A stretch of DNA of 64,000 nucleotides from a virus (Duplodnaviria > Caudoviricetes): IMG/VR virus record IMGVR_UViG_3300029305_005185, positions 116,868-180,867 of that record; one strand, given 5' to 3'. The translations under genes and the position numbers were made by a program. Position 1 is the stretch's first letter, and the number at the start of each line of letters is the position of its first letter. This document shows, piece after piece, positions 24,453-34,960 of this stretch. The notes beneath the pieces are model-generated. The model did not search any database, had not been told where the DNA came from, and saw nothing but the letters and a program-made list of their open reading frames with translations.

Positions 24453-24995
24453 ATGGCATTAAATGTTGGATACTTAAAAGCTAAAACTGACAAAGCTTCT
24501 GATGAAGTATATACTCCAGCTTATGCAGTTAAGCCAATTTTAAAATATATAGATAAAGGTAATAAAACTCAATATACTGTATGGTGTCCTTTTGATACTG
24601 AAGAAAGTGAATATGTAAAAATGATTCGTGCCGAAGGACATAAAGTAATTGTAAGTCATATTGATGAAGGTAAAAACTTTTTTTATTATGAACCAGAAGA
24701 ACAGTATGATTGCATTATTTCAAATCCTCCATTTAGTCTTAAAGACGATATTATTAAACGACTTTATGAATTAAATAAACCTTATGCTATCCTTCTGCCA
24801 ATTCCAGCTCTACAAGGACAAAAACGTTTTCCATATATGAAAGATTGCCAAGCTTTATTATTTGATAAAAGAATTAATTATTATACCACACCTGAGCGAA
24901 AAGAAATCCAAAAAGGTGTAAGTTTTGGTTCTTTTTATCTTTGTAGAAATTTTTTACCTAATGATTTGATTTTTGAAGAACTAAATGTAAAATAA
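24453..24995 (+). CDS. Small N6-adenine methyltransferase-like protein
   Basis: Motifs DEVYTP, VWCPFD, IISNPPFS. Confidence 0.8.
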   Translation: MALNVGYLKAKTDKASDEVYTPAYAVKPILKYIDKGNKTQYTVWCPFDTEESEYVKMIRAEGHKVIVSHIDEGKNFFYYEPEEQYDCIISNPPFSLKDDIIKRLYELNKPYAILLPIPALQGQKRFPYMKDCQALLFDKRINYYTTPERKEIQKGVSFGSFYLCRNFLPNDLIFEELNVK

Positions 24996-25022
24996 AAAAA
25001 ATAAGGAAGCCTTATGGCTCCC

Positions 25023-25337
25023 TTACATTTTCTCCAATCGTTTCACAACACTAACTCTCCAATCTTCAAGTTCGTCAAGCATATGCTATACTAAACACCC
25101 CATTGGATCTTTTTCAACATGGATGTTTTCTTTTTCCATTAGGCTGTGAAACATTGTGTGAACTTCTTTGTATGATTTGGTAAGTCTTGTCATTGCTTCT
25201 GTTGCAAAATATTTTGCCACATCTGTCATTCCGCATTCTTTCGCATGACCGGCATATTCAAGAAGCATTTCAGAATCTTTTACATCATCATACATAATTT
25301 TATAAAAATATTTTAGTAGTTTAGACATCGCTCGCAC
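25023..25337 (-). CDS. Hypothetical helical protein (TAG readthrough at 25086-25088)
   Basis: Frame continues QHMLDELEDW... to TAA. Confidence 0.65.
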
Positions 25338-25340
25338 CCC

Positions 25341-25760
25341 TTATCTGATTTTTACAATAGTTACTGCAACATTGGAGTATAAAGCTTCAATGCCAGTATT
25401 TCTAATAGTTAAAGTAGAAGGAACATTCCCATCTATTGCGCAACAATTTGGCAACACTTTTACAATAGTTTCAAAGCCTATATTATCAATTTCAGTTGTT
25501 GCGGTAGTAATAGTGGTTGTTGCTTCCGCTCCTTCATAAATTTCACCATTTACATATAATTGAGCTACTACATCTCCAGCTGCCGCGGCGGATACGTCAC
25601 CATGGAAATGGACCAGGTAATAACCTGGTCCATTCAAGCTAAAAGAACCGGTGCCCGCGGAGTGAGTAGAACAACGACCAGACACGACGCCATTGTCATC
25701 AAATAATATGGTGGCATTAACAGCAACTGTCTGGTCGCTTGTGGAGTAAGAATAAATCAT
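25341..25760 (-). CDS. Beta-sandwich protein, BclA C-terminal/C1q-like
   Basis: Motif FSLNGPGYYLVHF, beta-strand rich; GGAGG RBS. Confidence 0.55.
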   Translation of the reverse strand: MIYSYSTSDQTVAVNATILFDDNGVVSGRCSTHSAGTGSFSLNGPGYYLVHFHGDVSAAAAGDVVAQLYVNGEIYEGAEATTTITTATTEIDNIGFETIVKVLPNCCAIDGNVPSTLTIRNTGIEALYSNVAVTIVKIR

Positions 25761-25778
25761 AGCTTGCCACCTCCATTA

Positions 25779-26528
25779 TTAGCCAAAAGCGTATCCGGGG
25801 TTAGTGCCGCAACCACAGCCAGTAGCGGGAACTACATTAGCAGTTGCGTATGGTGAGCAAGTGAGGTAAGCGGGAATGGGGCAGGGTTTGAGTGTATTAA
25901 TTAGAGTTTGGTTCTGTGCTAGCTGGCTGAGTTGGAAATCACGAGCTAGAATATCACGATCACGAGCTTCTAAGCGATCGCGCAAATCCTGAACCATGTT
26001 CGCGTTGATTAAAGCGCGAGTTGCTTCGCCTTCTGCGTGGATGGCATTAGTAATCTCGCAAGTATTCTTGGAATTTTCAAATCTTACGTTGTCGATGTTG
26101 CGGTTAGTTTCGCAGCAACACTGCTGAGCAGCAAAGCGATTTTCTGCGATGTTGTTATTTACGCTATTGAAGCCAACACACAAATCACGCTGTATACCAT
26201 TAAAGCCCTGTAGAGTTGCAGTATTCATAGTATAGAAACCATCGCTTAAACCATAGGTTACACCATCTAGTTTCTGTAGAATACTATTGGTGTCAAAAGC
26301 ACGTTGGATGTCAGCCTGAGTAGCATATTGTCCTGCGGCAGTGGCGAGACCGGCCATTCCGGGGCCGTAGCCTTCGCCCCAACCATTACCAGTGAAAGAA
26401 CGAGCCATGAACATCCATACGAGGTAGATGAAGGGGTTATTCCACATACCATTCATACCCCAAGCGTCATCATTGTTACGAGTTACAGCCGCAATGTCGG
26501 CTAAAGAGATACCATTGTCAGTCATCAT
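25779..26528 (-). CDS. Conserved Firmicutes-phage protein with QQCCCET motif
   Basis: SLADIAAV N-terminus; AQQCCCETNRNID; PCPIPAY. Confidence 0.7.
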   Translation of the reverse strand: MMTDNGISLADIAAVTRNNDDAWGMNGMWNNPFIYLVWMFMARSFTGNGWGEGYGPGMAGLATAAGQYATQADIQRAFDTNSILQKLDGVTYGLSDGFYTMNTATLQGFNGIQRDLCVGFNSVNNNIAENRFAAQQCCCETNRNIDNVRFENSKNTCEITNAIHAEGEATRALINANMVQDLRDRLEARDRDILARDFQLSQLAQNQTLINTLKPCPIPAYLTCSPYATANVVPATGCGCGTNPGYAFG

Positions 26529-26542
26529 AATTACGACCTCCT

Positions 26543-26737
26543 TTATTTAAATTGATTTATAAATTGTAAACCAGCTTGTATTTCGTTTTCTGGAATTCCT
26601 TGCTAGCGAGCCTGAAGTACAAGTTGATTTAGCATGTTCTGATTCATATTGGGCAACCAAGCCTTAAATTGTTGTGGATTAATATTAGGTGTCCCATTGT
26701 TGGTTCGTGGTTGTGGTAGATTTTGATTGAGTAGCAT
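26543..26737 (-). CDS. Small Gln/Asn-rich protein (TAG=Gln)
   Basis: AGGAGG RBS. Translates as MLLNQN...LVLQAR[TAG]QGIPENEIQAG. Confidence 0.6.
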
Positions 26738-27077
26738 CTTTATTTCCTCCTAAGGCATTTAGTATAGTGGATAGTTGTTTTTCAAGATTGGCTATCCTGC
26801 TTTCAATTGTTGGTTCATTATTTTCTACCGTTGTTTTTGGACTTTCCGTATATGGAGCCAATTTATAAGCCAAGAAAACTGGCATCCCATTCTACATTGA
26901 CTTCATATAAAGAAGGTTCTCTTGCAAACATAGCGCCGCGGTGATTCCAGCACCAGCGGGTATGTTAGCGACCTCAAGACTATTTTGAATTACATACACA
27001 TTTCCTTGCGGTTGAGGAAACATAGGCTATTGTGGGTAATAATTCGTGGCTAAGTTATTTTGGTATTGGTAGGCCAT
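26685..27077 (-). CDS. Hypothetical protein (2 TAG=Gln)
   Basis: AGGAGG RBS. MAYQYQ... is in frame with track ORF 26685..26885. Confidence 0.65.
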
Positions 27078-27275
27078 TATTCTACCACCTCCTTTCATAG
27101 TATAAGTGGAAAAGTGGGTAGTACTTTAAATCTGCCATATGAGAATTTATGAATAGAAACTTATAAATTGTTTGACGAAAATTTTACAATTGTTACAATT
27201 TTGTTTCTAAAATAAAAATTGCACTTTTCTAAAAATTTTGTTATAATATAAAAAAAGTAAAGGAGATGAACAATT

Positions 27276-27623
27276 TTGGTTCACAATGCTATTCTGGTAA
27301 ATCCAGAAAAAAACTTGGTTGTATATGCTAAATCTACTACTTTTGATGAAAGCGACGAAATGAATTTTACCTATGAGGCTACCAATGAAGCTTTCAATCT
27401 TGCGAAAAAGGCTGATGTAAAAGGCGGCATTATTTTCCTTGATGATGCTCCCACTCTTGATAGCGCAAAAGCTATTATTTCTGCAGGACTTAGTAAGGTA
27501 ATTTATAAAATTCCTATTGAAAATGAAAATGAAGCCGCCGCTTGTCAGTTGCTTGAGCAGTATGGTATTCCCGCTATTTTTAATGATGAAATTATTGTAA
27601 CAAAGCAACACGCAAAAGTATAA
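27276..27623 (+). CDS. Degenerate dCMP-deaminase-fold protein
   Basis: APTLDSAKAIISAGLSKVIY matches the PCxxCAKAII.AGI..V.Y pattern without the cysteines. Confidence 0.5.
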   Translation: MVHNAILVNPEKNLVVYAKSTTFDESDEMNFTYEATNEAFNLAKKADVKGGIIFLDDAPTLDSAKAIISAGLSKVIYKIPIENENEAAACQLLEQYGIPAIFNDEIIVTKQHAKV

Positions 27624-27626
27624 GGA

Positions 27627-28064
27627 GTGATACTTATGGAGTTTGAAAGTATCGTATTTATTATTCTTGGAACATTACTACTTGGTGGCGTAGTTGTTTG
27701 CGCTTATTTTGGCAAAGATTATCTACGCTATCATAAAGTCTTTGCTCCAGTTCTTGAAATTCTTTGTAGTTGTATTAAGGGAATTAGTGGCATGATGCCT
27801 AATAACGCTTCTCTTATGATTCTTTCTACAGTACTAAACGCCGCAGTTGAAGCCACCGAAATGGCAGAAACTTTGTGGCTAGAAGGAACAATTGATAAAG
27901 AACAGCGTAACGCCTATGCTAAGAATTATATCGCCGGCATTCTTGAAAAAGCAAAGATTCCAGCAGATAACAATATTAACTCAATTGTTGATGGTGTAAT
28001 TGCTTTCGTATGTTATTTATTGCCGCATGGTAATGCTCCAGTAGTTACAGATGAGGAAGTTTAA
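27627..28064 (+). CDS. Membrane protein, holin-like
   Basis: N-terminal TM segment; AAVEA.E pattern; close to lysis genes. Confidence 0.5.
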   Translation: MILMEFESIVFIILGTLLLGGVVVCAYFGKDYLRYHKVFAPVLEILCSCIKGISGMMPNNASLMILSTVLNAAVEATEMAETLWLEGTIDKEQRNAYAKNYIAGILEKAKIPADNNINSIVDGVIAFVCYLLPHGNAPVVTDEEV

Positions 28065-28145
28065 TGACTTCCTCTTATTTTTTTGAGAAAAATTATATGA
28101 AATTTTTTACTCTTTTCTCCACCTAAATACAAAGGAGGGAAGAGT

Positions 28146-28796
28146 ATGACAACAACAAGAATTCCCATTTATGATTTGCTAATTTTTCTTGATGAAAAGA
28201 GTGAAACTTTTGAAAGGAAAAATAACATTTTAGATTTTGTTATAGATCATTATAAATGTTTAACAAATATAACTCTAAAGTTTTCAAAAGAATATGCAAT
28301 GGAAACTTTATGTTTTTGTGATAACGGGCTAATTGCCAATGGAAACTTCCCAGTAAAAGAAGGAATGTTAGTAAAAAATAAGAAAGGTGAATACGGCATT
28401 ACATTCCAAGGATAGCACAGTTATGAGCTAGATCCTAACCCAACACCTGTTTTATGGGTTTGGACATTAGATAGCAAAGGAATGTTGATTTCTGATTTTT
28501 TTAATGTAAATGATTGGATAAAGTGGGGGGCAATGTCTTCTTTATATTAGTATTGTGACTATAAAGAAGGAATAGATTATAATCTTGGAGAAAGAGACAT
28601 ATCACGCGGCATGGTAGGAAAAGATGTATTGCTTATTCAATAGCATCTTTCTCTTTATGATGCCGATGTTCCTTTAACTGGCGAGTTTGAAGAAAAAACT
28701 GAAAATTTTATAAAAGGAATACAACGTATGCACTTTAATTATGCTGATATAGATGGCGTGATAAAAAAAGAGCATCTTGATATTTATTTAAGGTGA
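28146..28796 (+). CDS. Protein with C-terminal peptidoglycan-binding domain (3 TAG=Gln)
   Basis: Translates as LGERDISRGMVGKDVLLIQ[TAG]HL...GEF...TE...Q...DG. Confidence 0.7.
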
Positions 28797-28803
28797 TGCG
28801 ATA

Positions 28804-30189
28804 GTGGATATTAAAGTTAAGTTATCTCGTGAAGAAAATATTCAATATTACGGCGCCACCGAAATCACAATAGACATAGAAGATTACTTATTAGGGGTGG
28901 TCCCTTCGGAAATAGGAAATGCAAATGTTGAGGCGTGCGCGGCTTAGGCAATAGCATCGCGAACGTATGCAATGAATACAGTAAAGACTAATGGGTATAT
29001 TACTGATAAAAGTAGTATTCACTAGGCTTTTAGAGTAAGCAGGCTTACTGGATTTCCAAATGCTTATGAAGGAGTAAAGAAAACAAGAGGACAATTATTA
29101 TATTATAATAATAAAATTGCGAAATGTTATTATTGTGCTTCCAATGGTGGCCAAACCACTTCTTCAAAAGAACGTTGGGGCGGCGATTATGCTTATTTAA
29201 TTTCCTAGCCCGACGAATATGATAAAGGGCCTAAAAATGGTCATGGAGTTGGATTGTCTCAACAAGGCGCCGCGGCTCGTGGAGTAGCCGGACATACATA
29301 TGAATAGATTTTGTCTTTCTATTTTCCTGGAACAAAAATTGTAAAGGAGGTGGAAGAAATGGCAACGAACAATGAAACAAAAGTTTTATCTTGGTTAGAA
29401 GAACGTATAGGCGATGGATATATTTATGGCGCAAAAGGACAAGTCGCTACTGGTGATTTTATTTTACAACAAATGGAACAATATCCAGAATATGTAAAAT
29501 ATGATGTAGTTTCTAAATGGATAAATAAAAAAGTTTGGGATTGCGCGACCTTAGTACGTTTCGCAATGAAAGAAGTCGGTATTTCTATGGTTAGTGGCGC
29601 TACCAGTTAGTGGAATAAAACTAATTGGCTTCGTAAAGGTAAGATTGCAGAATTGCCCAAAAATAAAATTTGCTGTTTATATCGTCGCACAGATGCAGGC
29701 ATAATGTAGCACACTGGTGTTTATCTTGGCAATGGCTACTTTATTGATGCTCGCGGTTCTTCTACTGGTGTTGTTAAAACTAAATTAGAAAAATATCCTT
29801 GGACCCATTGGGGTATTCCCAAAGGGTTGTATACAGAAAAAGAGTTGGCAGACGCTTCTACGCCTGCTATTCCACAGGAGGTTTTGAAAGTGTTGTATAA
29901 AGCAAAAGTTATTGCAGAAAGTGGTTCTACTGTTCGCATGCGTAGTGTCGCATCTGGCTCTGCTTCTACTATTAAGAAGGTACCAGTTGGTTCAGAAGTT
30001 GAAGTTGTAGCAGAACAGCCAGAATGGAAGCAAATTATATATAATGGCCAAACTGGTTTTATGATGGATGATTTCCTAGAAAAGATAGAGGAGGCGAAAC
30101 CAAATGAGTACTATGTCAAAATCAAGTGCTCCTCAGCAGCGGAAGCCGAACGCCTCGCTAAACTTTTAGCAACAGCAGTAGCAAACTAA
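28804..30189 (+). CDS. Multidomain endolysin: SpoIID/LytB + NlpC/P60-like + SH3b (6 TAG=Gln)
   Basis: Motifs YLLGVVPSE...A[TAG]AIASRTYA, GHGVGLSQ, WDCATLV, HTGVYLG, VRMRS. GTG start; single frame. Confidence 0.85.
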
Positions 30190-30199
30190 TGAGGGTTTT

Positions 30200-30499
30200 T
30201 TGCGTAGGCTAATAACCAAAGCAAATGAACATAGCAAGAAACTTACTATTATTGATACAGTAATTTACGTATTTCTTATGATAGCGTTAATCGCAGTAAT
30301 GATTATTTGGCCGCATATTGCTGATCATTGTGTAGATGCTATGGGCTATGTTACCACTGCTTTTGTAGCAGTAAGACTTGGTTATAGTGCAAAAGGCGCT
30401 GTTGAAAACTTTATGAAAATAAAATCAAATATAACTTCACAGGGAGTTTCTAGCGTAATAGTCGAAGAGACAGTAAGTGAAGAAGAAACATTAGGATAA
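30200..30499 (+). CDS. Putative holin (two TM segments)
   Basis: Hydrophobic segments directly downstream of the endolysin. Confidence 0.6.
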   Translation: MRRLITKANEHSKKLTIIDTVIYVFLMIALIAVMIIWPHIADHCVDAMGYVTTAFVAVRLGYSAKGAVENFMKIKSNITSQGVSSVIVEETVSEEETLG

Positions 30500-30542
30500 A
30501 ATTTTTTTTCTCCGATGAAAGTCGGGGGGGTTTTAGTAACAT

Positions 30543-31727
30543 ATGGCGACTAGTACGCTAAAAACAAGAATAAAACATAAAATTGATACTGCTTCCAATT
30601 GGGCAAGTTCTAGTCTTGTTCCATTGGAAGGTGAATTAATTATATATAAAGGCGATAAACCACAAATAAAAGTCGGTGATGGTTCTACTACAGTTGGAAG
30701 TTTACCATTTATCAAGGCCGGCAGTGACACAACAATTACATAGGCATTAACAAGTGGAACGGAAATTGGTAGTATTAATATTGATGGAGTGGCAACGAAG
30801 TTGTATGCTCCTTCTACTATTGCTTGGAGTAGCGTGACTAGTAAGCCAAGTTACTATGATGCAAAAGCTATAAAATCTATTACTCGTTCTGGAACGACTT
30901 TTACCTGGACTTGTATGGATGGTACAACAGGGACTTTTACATAGTAGGATAATAATACGACTTATTCGGCCGGAACTGGACTTACTCTTTCTGGAACTAC
31001 ATTTAGTTTAAACGCCACGGCAACAAAAACAGCATTAGGATTGGGTAGTAATGCCTATACAAGTACTGCTTATTTGCCACTCACCGGTGGTTCGATGAGT
31101 GGAGCTATTGTAGCTTAGCCAAGTGCGAAAAACACTTTTTTATTATGGGGATCTTCGACAGATAAAAATTCATCTTATGACATCCCTTGGTATGGTTTGT
31201 CTTTTTATAATGATGGAGTATAGCAGGGAAATGCACTTGCACTGGCTAACTATTGGGGAATTAATTTTATTACTGCTGGAGATAGTAATACTCATTTATA
31301 TCATAATGGAAATTTGATATTAAATACATCTAATTATACCAATTACGCTCCAACCAAAACAGGTTCTGGTGCGAGCGGAACTTGGGGCATAAATATAACA
31401 GGATCTTCTGCAAGTTGTACTGGTAATGCGGCGAGAGCGGGATTTATTACTTGTGAAGATAACAGAGCTACTATGGCAACTCCAAATGAATATACAATGG
31501 GAGCAGATTTAGAGTTTAAATCTGCTGAAGCAACTGGATTATCTGGTTATTCTGCTGTATTAACAGTAAAACCTTGGACTGATAGCTCAGGAGGCGTAGT
31601 TCATTAGTTAGCTTTTAATGCGTCTGGACTCTATCATCGAATTTCCACTTCAAATTTAGCTTCTTGGGGATCTTGGTGCAAATTATGGCAAGCCGGAGAT
31701 GCTGTTACTGGCGCAGTTTGGAATTAA
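30543..31727 (+). CDS. Tail fibre/adhesin with Mtd_N-like N-terminus, ending at GAVWN (TAG readthrough)
   Basis: Starts MATSTLKTRIKHK; contains TFT[TAG][TAG]DNNTTY; one frame to TAA 31725-31727. Confidence 0.8.
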
Positions 31728-31807
31728 AAATAATAAATAAAATAACACAACCGGCGCCCTGAAAAGATGGGCGCCGCCATTCTTCTGAAATGATTGGAGG
31801 TTTTAAA

Positions 31808-33496
31808 ATGGCAAAATAGTTAAATGCAAGAATAATTACAAAGCATGATATAGAAGCCAATTGGGAAAAAGCATTGACTTTTATTCCAAAATTAGGCGAA
31901 ATCATTATTTATGAGACACCAGACAAAATAATTCCTAACAAATATGACTGGACTAGCATACCTAGATTAAAAATTGGCGATGGAAAAAGTACAATTAATG
32001 AATTGTTTTTTATTACCGATGCTTTTGTTTAGAAAAAAAATGGTTGGGATTTGTCTGAAAATAATTATACTGATACTCATTGGGGTATTGTAAATAAAAT
32101 AGCAAATTTAGGTTATGAACCAAAATATACTGATACAACTTACACCGCGGGAAAAGGTTTGGGCTTAAAAGTAGAAGAAGGAGAAAATGTTTTTTATAAC
32201 ACTGGTATCATTTCAATTTAGGGTTCAGAAAAAAACGGTTTTATTAAATATCGTTTAAATACTGGTCTTAATGATAGTGATTATAGGGACATTGAAATTG
32301 GCATTCCGGGCTTACAACAAACTGCTTTTACTCCTTTATCCAATTTCTTAACCTCAGATTCTTTAATAAAAATTAATAACTCTATTACTAAACTAGAATC
32401 AAGCACAACTCCCGGTTCATTGAAATACACTAATGCTGTTGGAGAAACGGGTTTGGTCGCAGTTCCAGGATTGGGTAAGTTGGCATTTAAAGATGGATTT
32501 GATGGGGATTTTATTGAGGTTGTAGAAGTAGCTGTTTAGAGTAATTAGCCCAATGACGCTATTCCAATTTGGATTAATCCTAGTGGAGAAGATAATTTAG
32601 GAATATTAAAATATTATAATAGTTATACATAGTCTTATGTTAATATAGATATAGGAGTAAAAAAAATAACTCCACTTACTGGGGGCTTTTCAAAATATGG
32701 TTTTATTGCTACGGATGGTGCTACAGAAGAAAGCTATCAATTTGGAGTTTTAGGTATTAATAATAAAAGTGACGAACCTGGTACTTTATTGGTCGAATTT
32801 AATGGAAGCACTTATGATCTCGTACTTAAAACAAATCTTACTTTTTCTTCTGGAACACAAAACGGTAGCTTTTCAGTTACTTAGAATGGTGAAACTAAAA
32901 ATATTCCAATTTATGGTCTTGGTTCTAATGCCTTTACTTCTACCGCCTATCTTCCTCTTGCAGGTGGTACTGTTACTGGTGTAACCGCTTTTTCAAATAC
33001 AACAAATTCCACCTCAACTTCTACCGGCGCCGTTAAAATTTCAGGTGGCTTAGGCGTTGCAAAAGATATATATGGAGCTAAAGTTCATGGCTCTGTATAT
33101 AATGACTATGCTGAATACCGTCAATCTGAAGAACTTATTGAACCCGGATATATTGTTTATTCTGGTGACGATGGAATCTTACATAAAACTGTTGGACGTT
33201 TACAATTCTTTGAAGGTATAGTTTCCGACACTTTTGGTTTTTCAATCGGTAAAACAGATAAAGCTCAAACTCCACTAGCAGTGGCTGGACGCGTGCTTGT
33301 ATATACAGATGAAGAACTCCATGCCGGCAATGTAGTTTGCGCTGGTCCGAATGGTAAAGCATGTAAAATGACAAAATAGGAAATTAAAGACCACCCAGAT
33401 CGTATAGTTGGAGTTGTTTCTGAAGTTCCGAGTTATGAAACTTGGGGAGAAGAAAATATTTCTGTAAATGGAAGAGTTTGGATTAGAGTAAAATAA
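31808..33496 (+). CDS. Tail fibre/adhesin with Mtd_N-like N-terminus and DYAEY chaperone domain (multiple TAG)
   Basis: Starts MAK[TAG]LNARIITKHD..W..FIPKLGE..LKIGDG; ends GSVYNDYAEYR...PDRIVGVVS...GRVWIRVK. Confidence 0.8.
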
Positions 33497-33582
33497 AAAT
33501 TTGACTTTTCTAAAAATTTTGTATATAATATATACATAAAGTGAGTAAGAAATCACTAATAAATTAGAAAGGTGAAAATCAA

Positions 33583-33900
33583 ATGAAGTTTTATTCTGAG
33601 TACACTAAGAAGTTCTATGACACTCCCGAAGCTTGCGAAACCGCCGAACATGAATATATTCTTGCTGCAGAAGCAAAGAAGAATGAACAGGCTGCTATGC
33701 TTGAAGCCCTAAATGTTGCCAAGGCAAATCATGCCGAAGCTCAGGAAGTTGCCGCCGCAGCCAATAAGGCAAGTCGCGAAGCATATAACGAACTTATGAA
33801 GCTTGTGCGCGCCTACGCTGCGAAGTATGGTACTGTTCCTAAGGAGTTTAATAATCTTCAGTTCCTGACTGAAATGACGCTTTCAAATTTTTTGGGCTAA
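33583..33900 (+). CDS. Hypothetical coiled-coil protein
   Basis: Starts MKFYSE...KFYDT; has its own promoter. Confidence 0.7.
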   Translation: MKFYSEYTKKFYDTPEACETAEHEYILAAEAKKNEQAAMLEALNVAKANHAEAQEVAAAANKASREAYNELMKLVRAYAAKYGTVPKEFNNLQFLTEMTLSNFLG

Positions 33901-33970
33901 AAAAATTTGACAACTCCGAAAATTTCGGTTATAATATAATCACAGAAAAGGAAAGGGAGGAATGATATTT

Positions 33971-34033
33971 ATGAAAGTATTTATTATTTCTAAAAACGAG
34001 GAAACTCCACCTAACTCCTATGGGTGCCGTTAA
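33971..34033 (+). CDS. 20-aa leader ORF MKVFIISKNEETPPNSYGCR
   Basis: Follows promoter 33907 and a GGGAGG RBS; its stop codon lies in a hairpin loop. Confidence 0.4.
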   Translation: MKVFIISKNEETPPNSYGCR

Positions 34034-34056
34034 GGCGGCACCCCACTTTTCTTTTT
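34022..34056 (+). terminator. Intrinsic terminator-like hairpin upstream of the CUA tRNA
   Basis: GGGTGCCGT-TAAG-GCGGCACCC followed by a T-rich tract. Confidence 0.7.
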
Positions 34057-34060
34057 ATAT

Positions 34061-34151
34061 TGGGGTATAGTTTAATGGTAAAACAGCGGTCTCTAAAACC
34101 GTAATCATTCTGCGTGAGCAGTTCTGAGTTCGAATCTCAGTACCCCTGCCA
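34061..34151 (+). tRNA. Amber-decoding tRNA (anticodon CUA), presumably Gln-charged, with 21-nt variable region
   Basis: Anticodon arm GCGGT-CTCTAAA-ACCGT; T arm CTGAG-TTCGAAT-CTCAG; ends G-CCA. Confidence 0.9.
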
Positions 34152-34154
34152 TTT

Positions 34155-34215
34155 AAGGCGCATTCAGCAATTTATAGTTTTTTGATAGTGAATGGACTTA
34201 CAAAAATTGCGTCTT
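34155..34215 (+). repeat. Clamp element copy 1 (AAGGCGCATTCAGCAA...TGCGTCTT)
   Basis: Complementary ends plus CAGCAA; family of six. Confidence 0.75.
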
Positions 34216-34329
34216 GAAAATTTGACAAATTTAAAAATTTATTATATAATATATCTACAATAAAGGAAGAGCTGTTACGTTCTTCATTGGTGATGCCTCC
34301 TCAATTCATTTCCCTTTGGTTACTCTTCC

Positions 34330-34960
34330 TTTATTGATTTTTTTAAAAGGCTATATTTATTATTCAATATAACTCGGTGAAGTCGGATGACTTTCCGGCC
34401 GAGGCTGGTCGTATAACGAGCAGGTGAAGCCACGACGGATACGTTTTGGCAACTGTTCTCTTGGTTGTATAGTGATATACACTGACGAGTGCGAACGCAC
34501 AAGGTTAAGACCAGGCACTTCTACTTTCGCCATATAAGGTATGGACTTATCGCCAGAGCAATAGAAAGCACGGTGAATAGCCGCGCCGAATCCAATCGCC
34601 CCTTGGTTGGTGACCGTGGGACAGAGCTTTTGGAAACAACCACAATCTGGTTTTGTAGTGATGTTGAGAAATCAACTATAAGATAAGGCCGCAGTGCGAG
34701 TAGCCCAGATACAACGGATTACAAGAAAGATGTAATGACTTTACAAATAATTCTGAATGTCGGGTGAAAGTTGTGGGTAATCATTCCCACACGAGGATTG
34801 AGCTAATAAGGCCACTTGGTGGCCGAGGGTAGCAAGGCCATGGAAATTGGCTAGGGCAAGAAGTATGAGGTTCGCTACCACATACTCAGACTTGTCTTCT
34901 CGGTGACTGAATAATATGGAAGATTGAAACAGAAGCAACCCGAAGGGGTATATGTGAATA
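34330..34960 (+). ncRNA. Candidate large structured ncRNA (boundaries approximate)
   Basis: GC-richer, no credible ORF, many hairpins, downstream of promoter 34222. Confidence 0.45.

Noticed and set aside
199-33496. Fragmented tail, DegT and lysin ORFs as pseudogenes
   Set aside because: The breaks are in-frame TAGs at Gln positions; the genes are intact under code 15.
3290-33496. Diversity-generating retroelement TR/VR pair, suggested by Mtd_N domains and similar 3' ends
   Set aside because: Both similar regions are coding chaperone domains, their differences are not restricted to adenines, and no reverse transcriptase is present in the window.
34483-34510. Hammerhead ribozyme cores (CTGACGA here; CTGATGA near 45058 and 54518)
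   Set aside because: None has a correctly placed GAAA after stem II with stems I and III.
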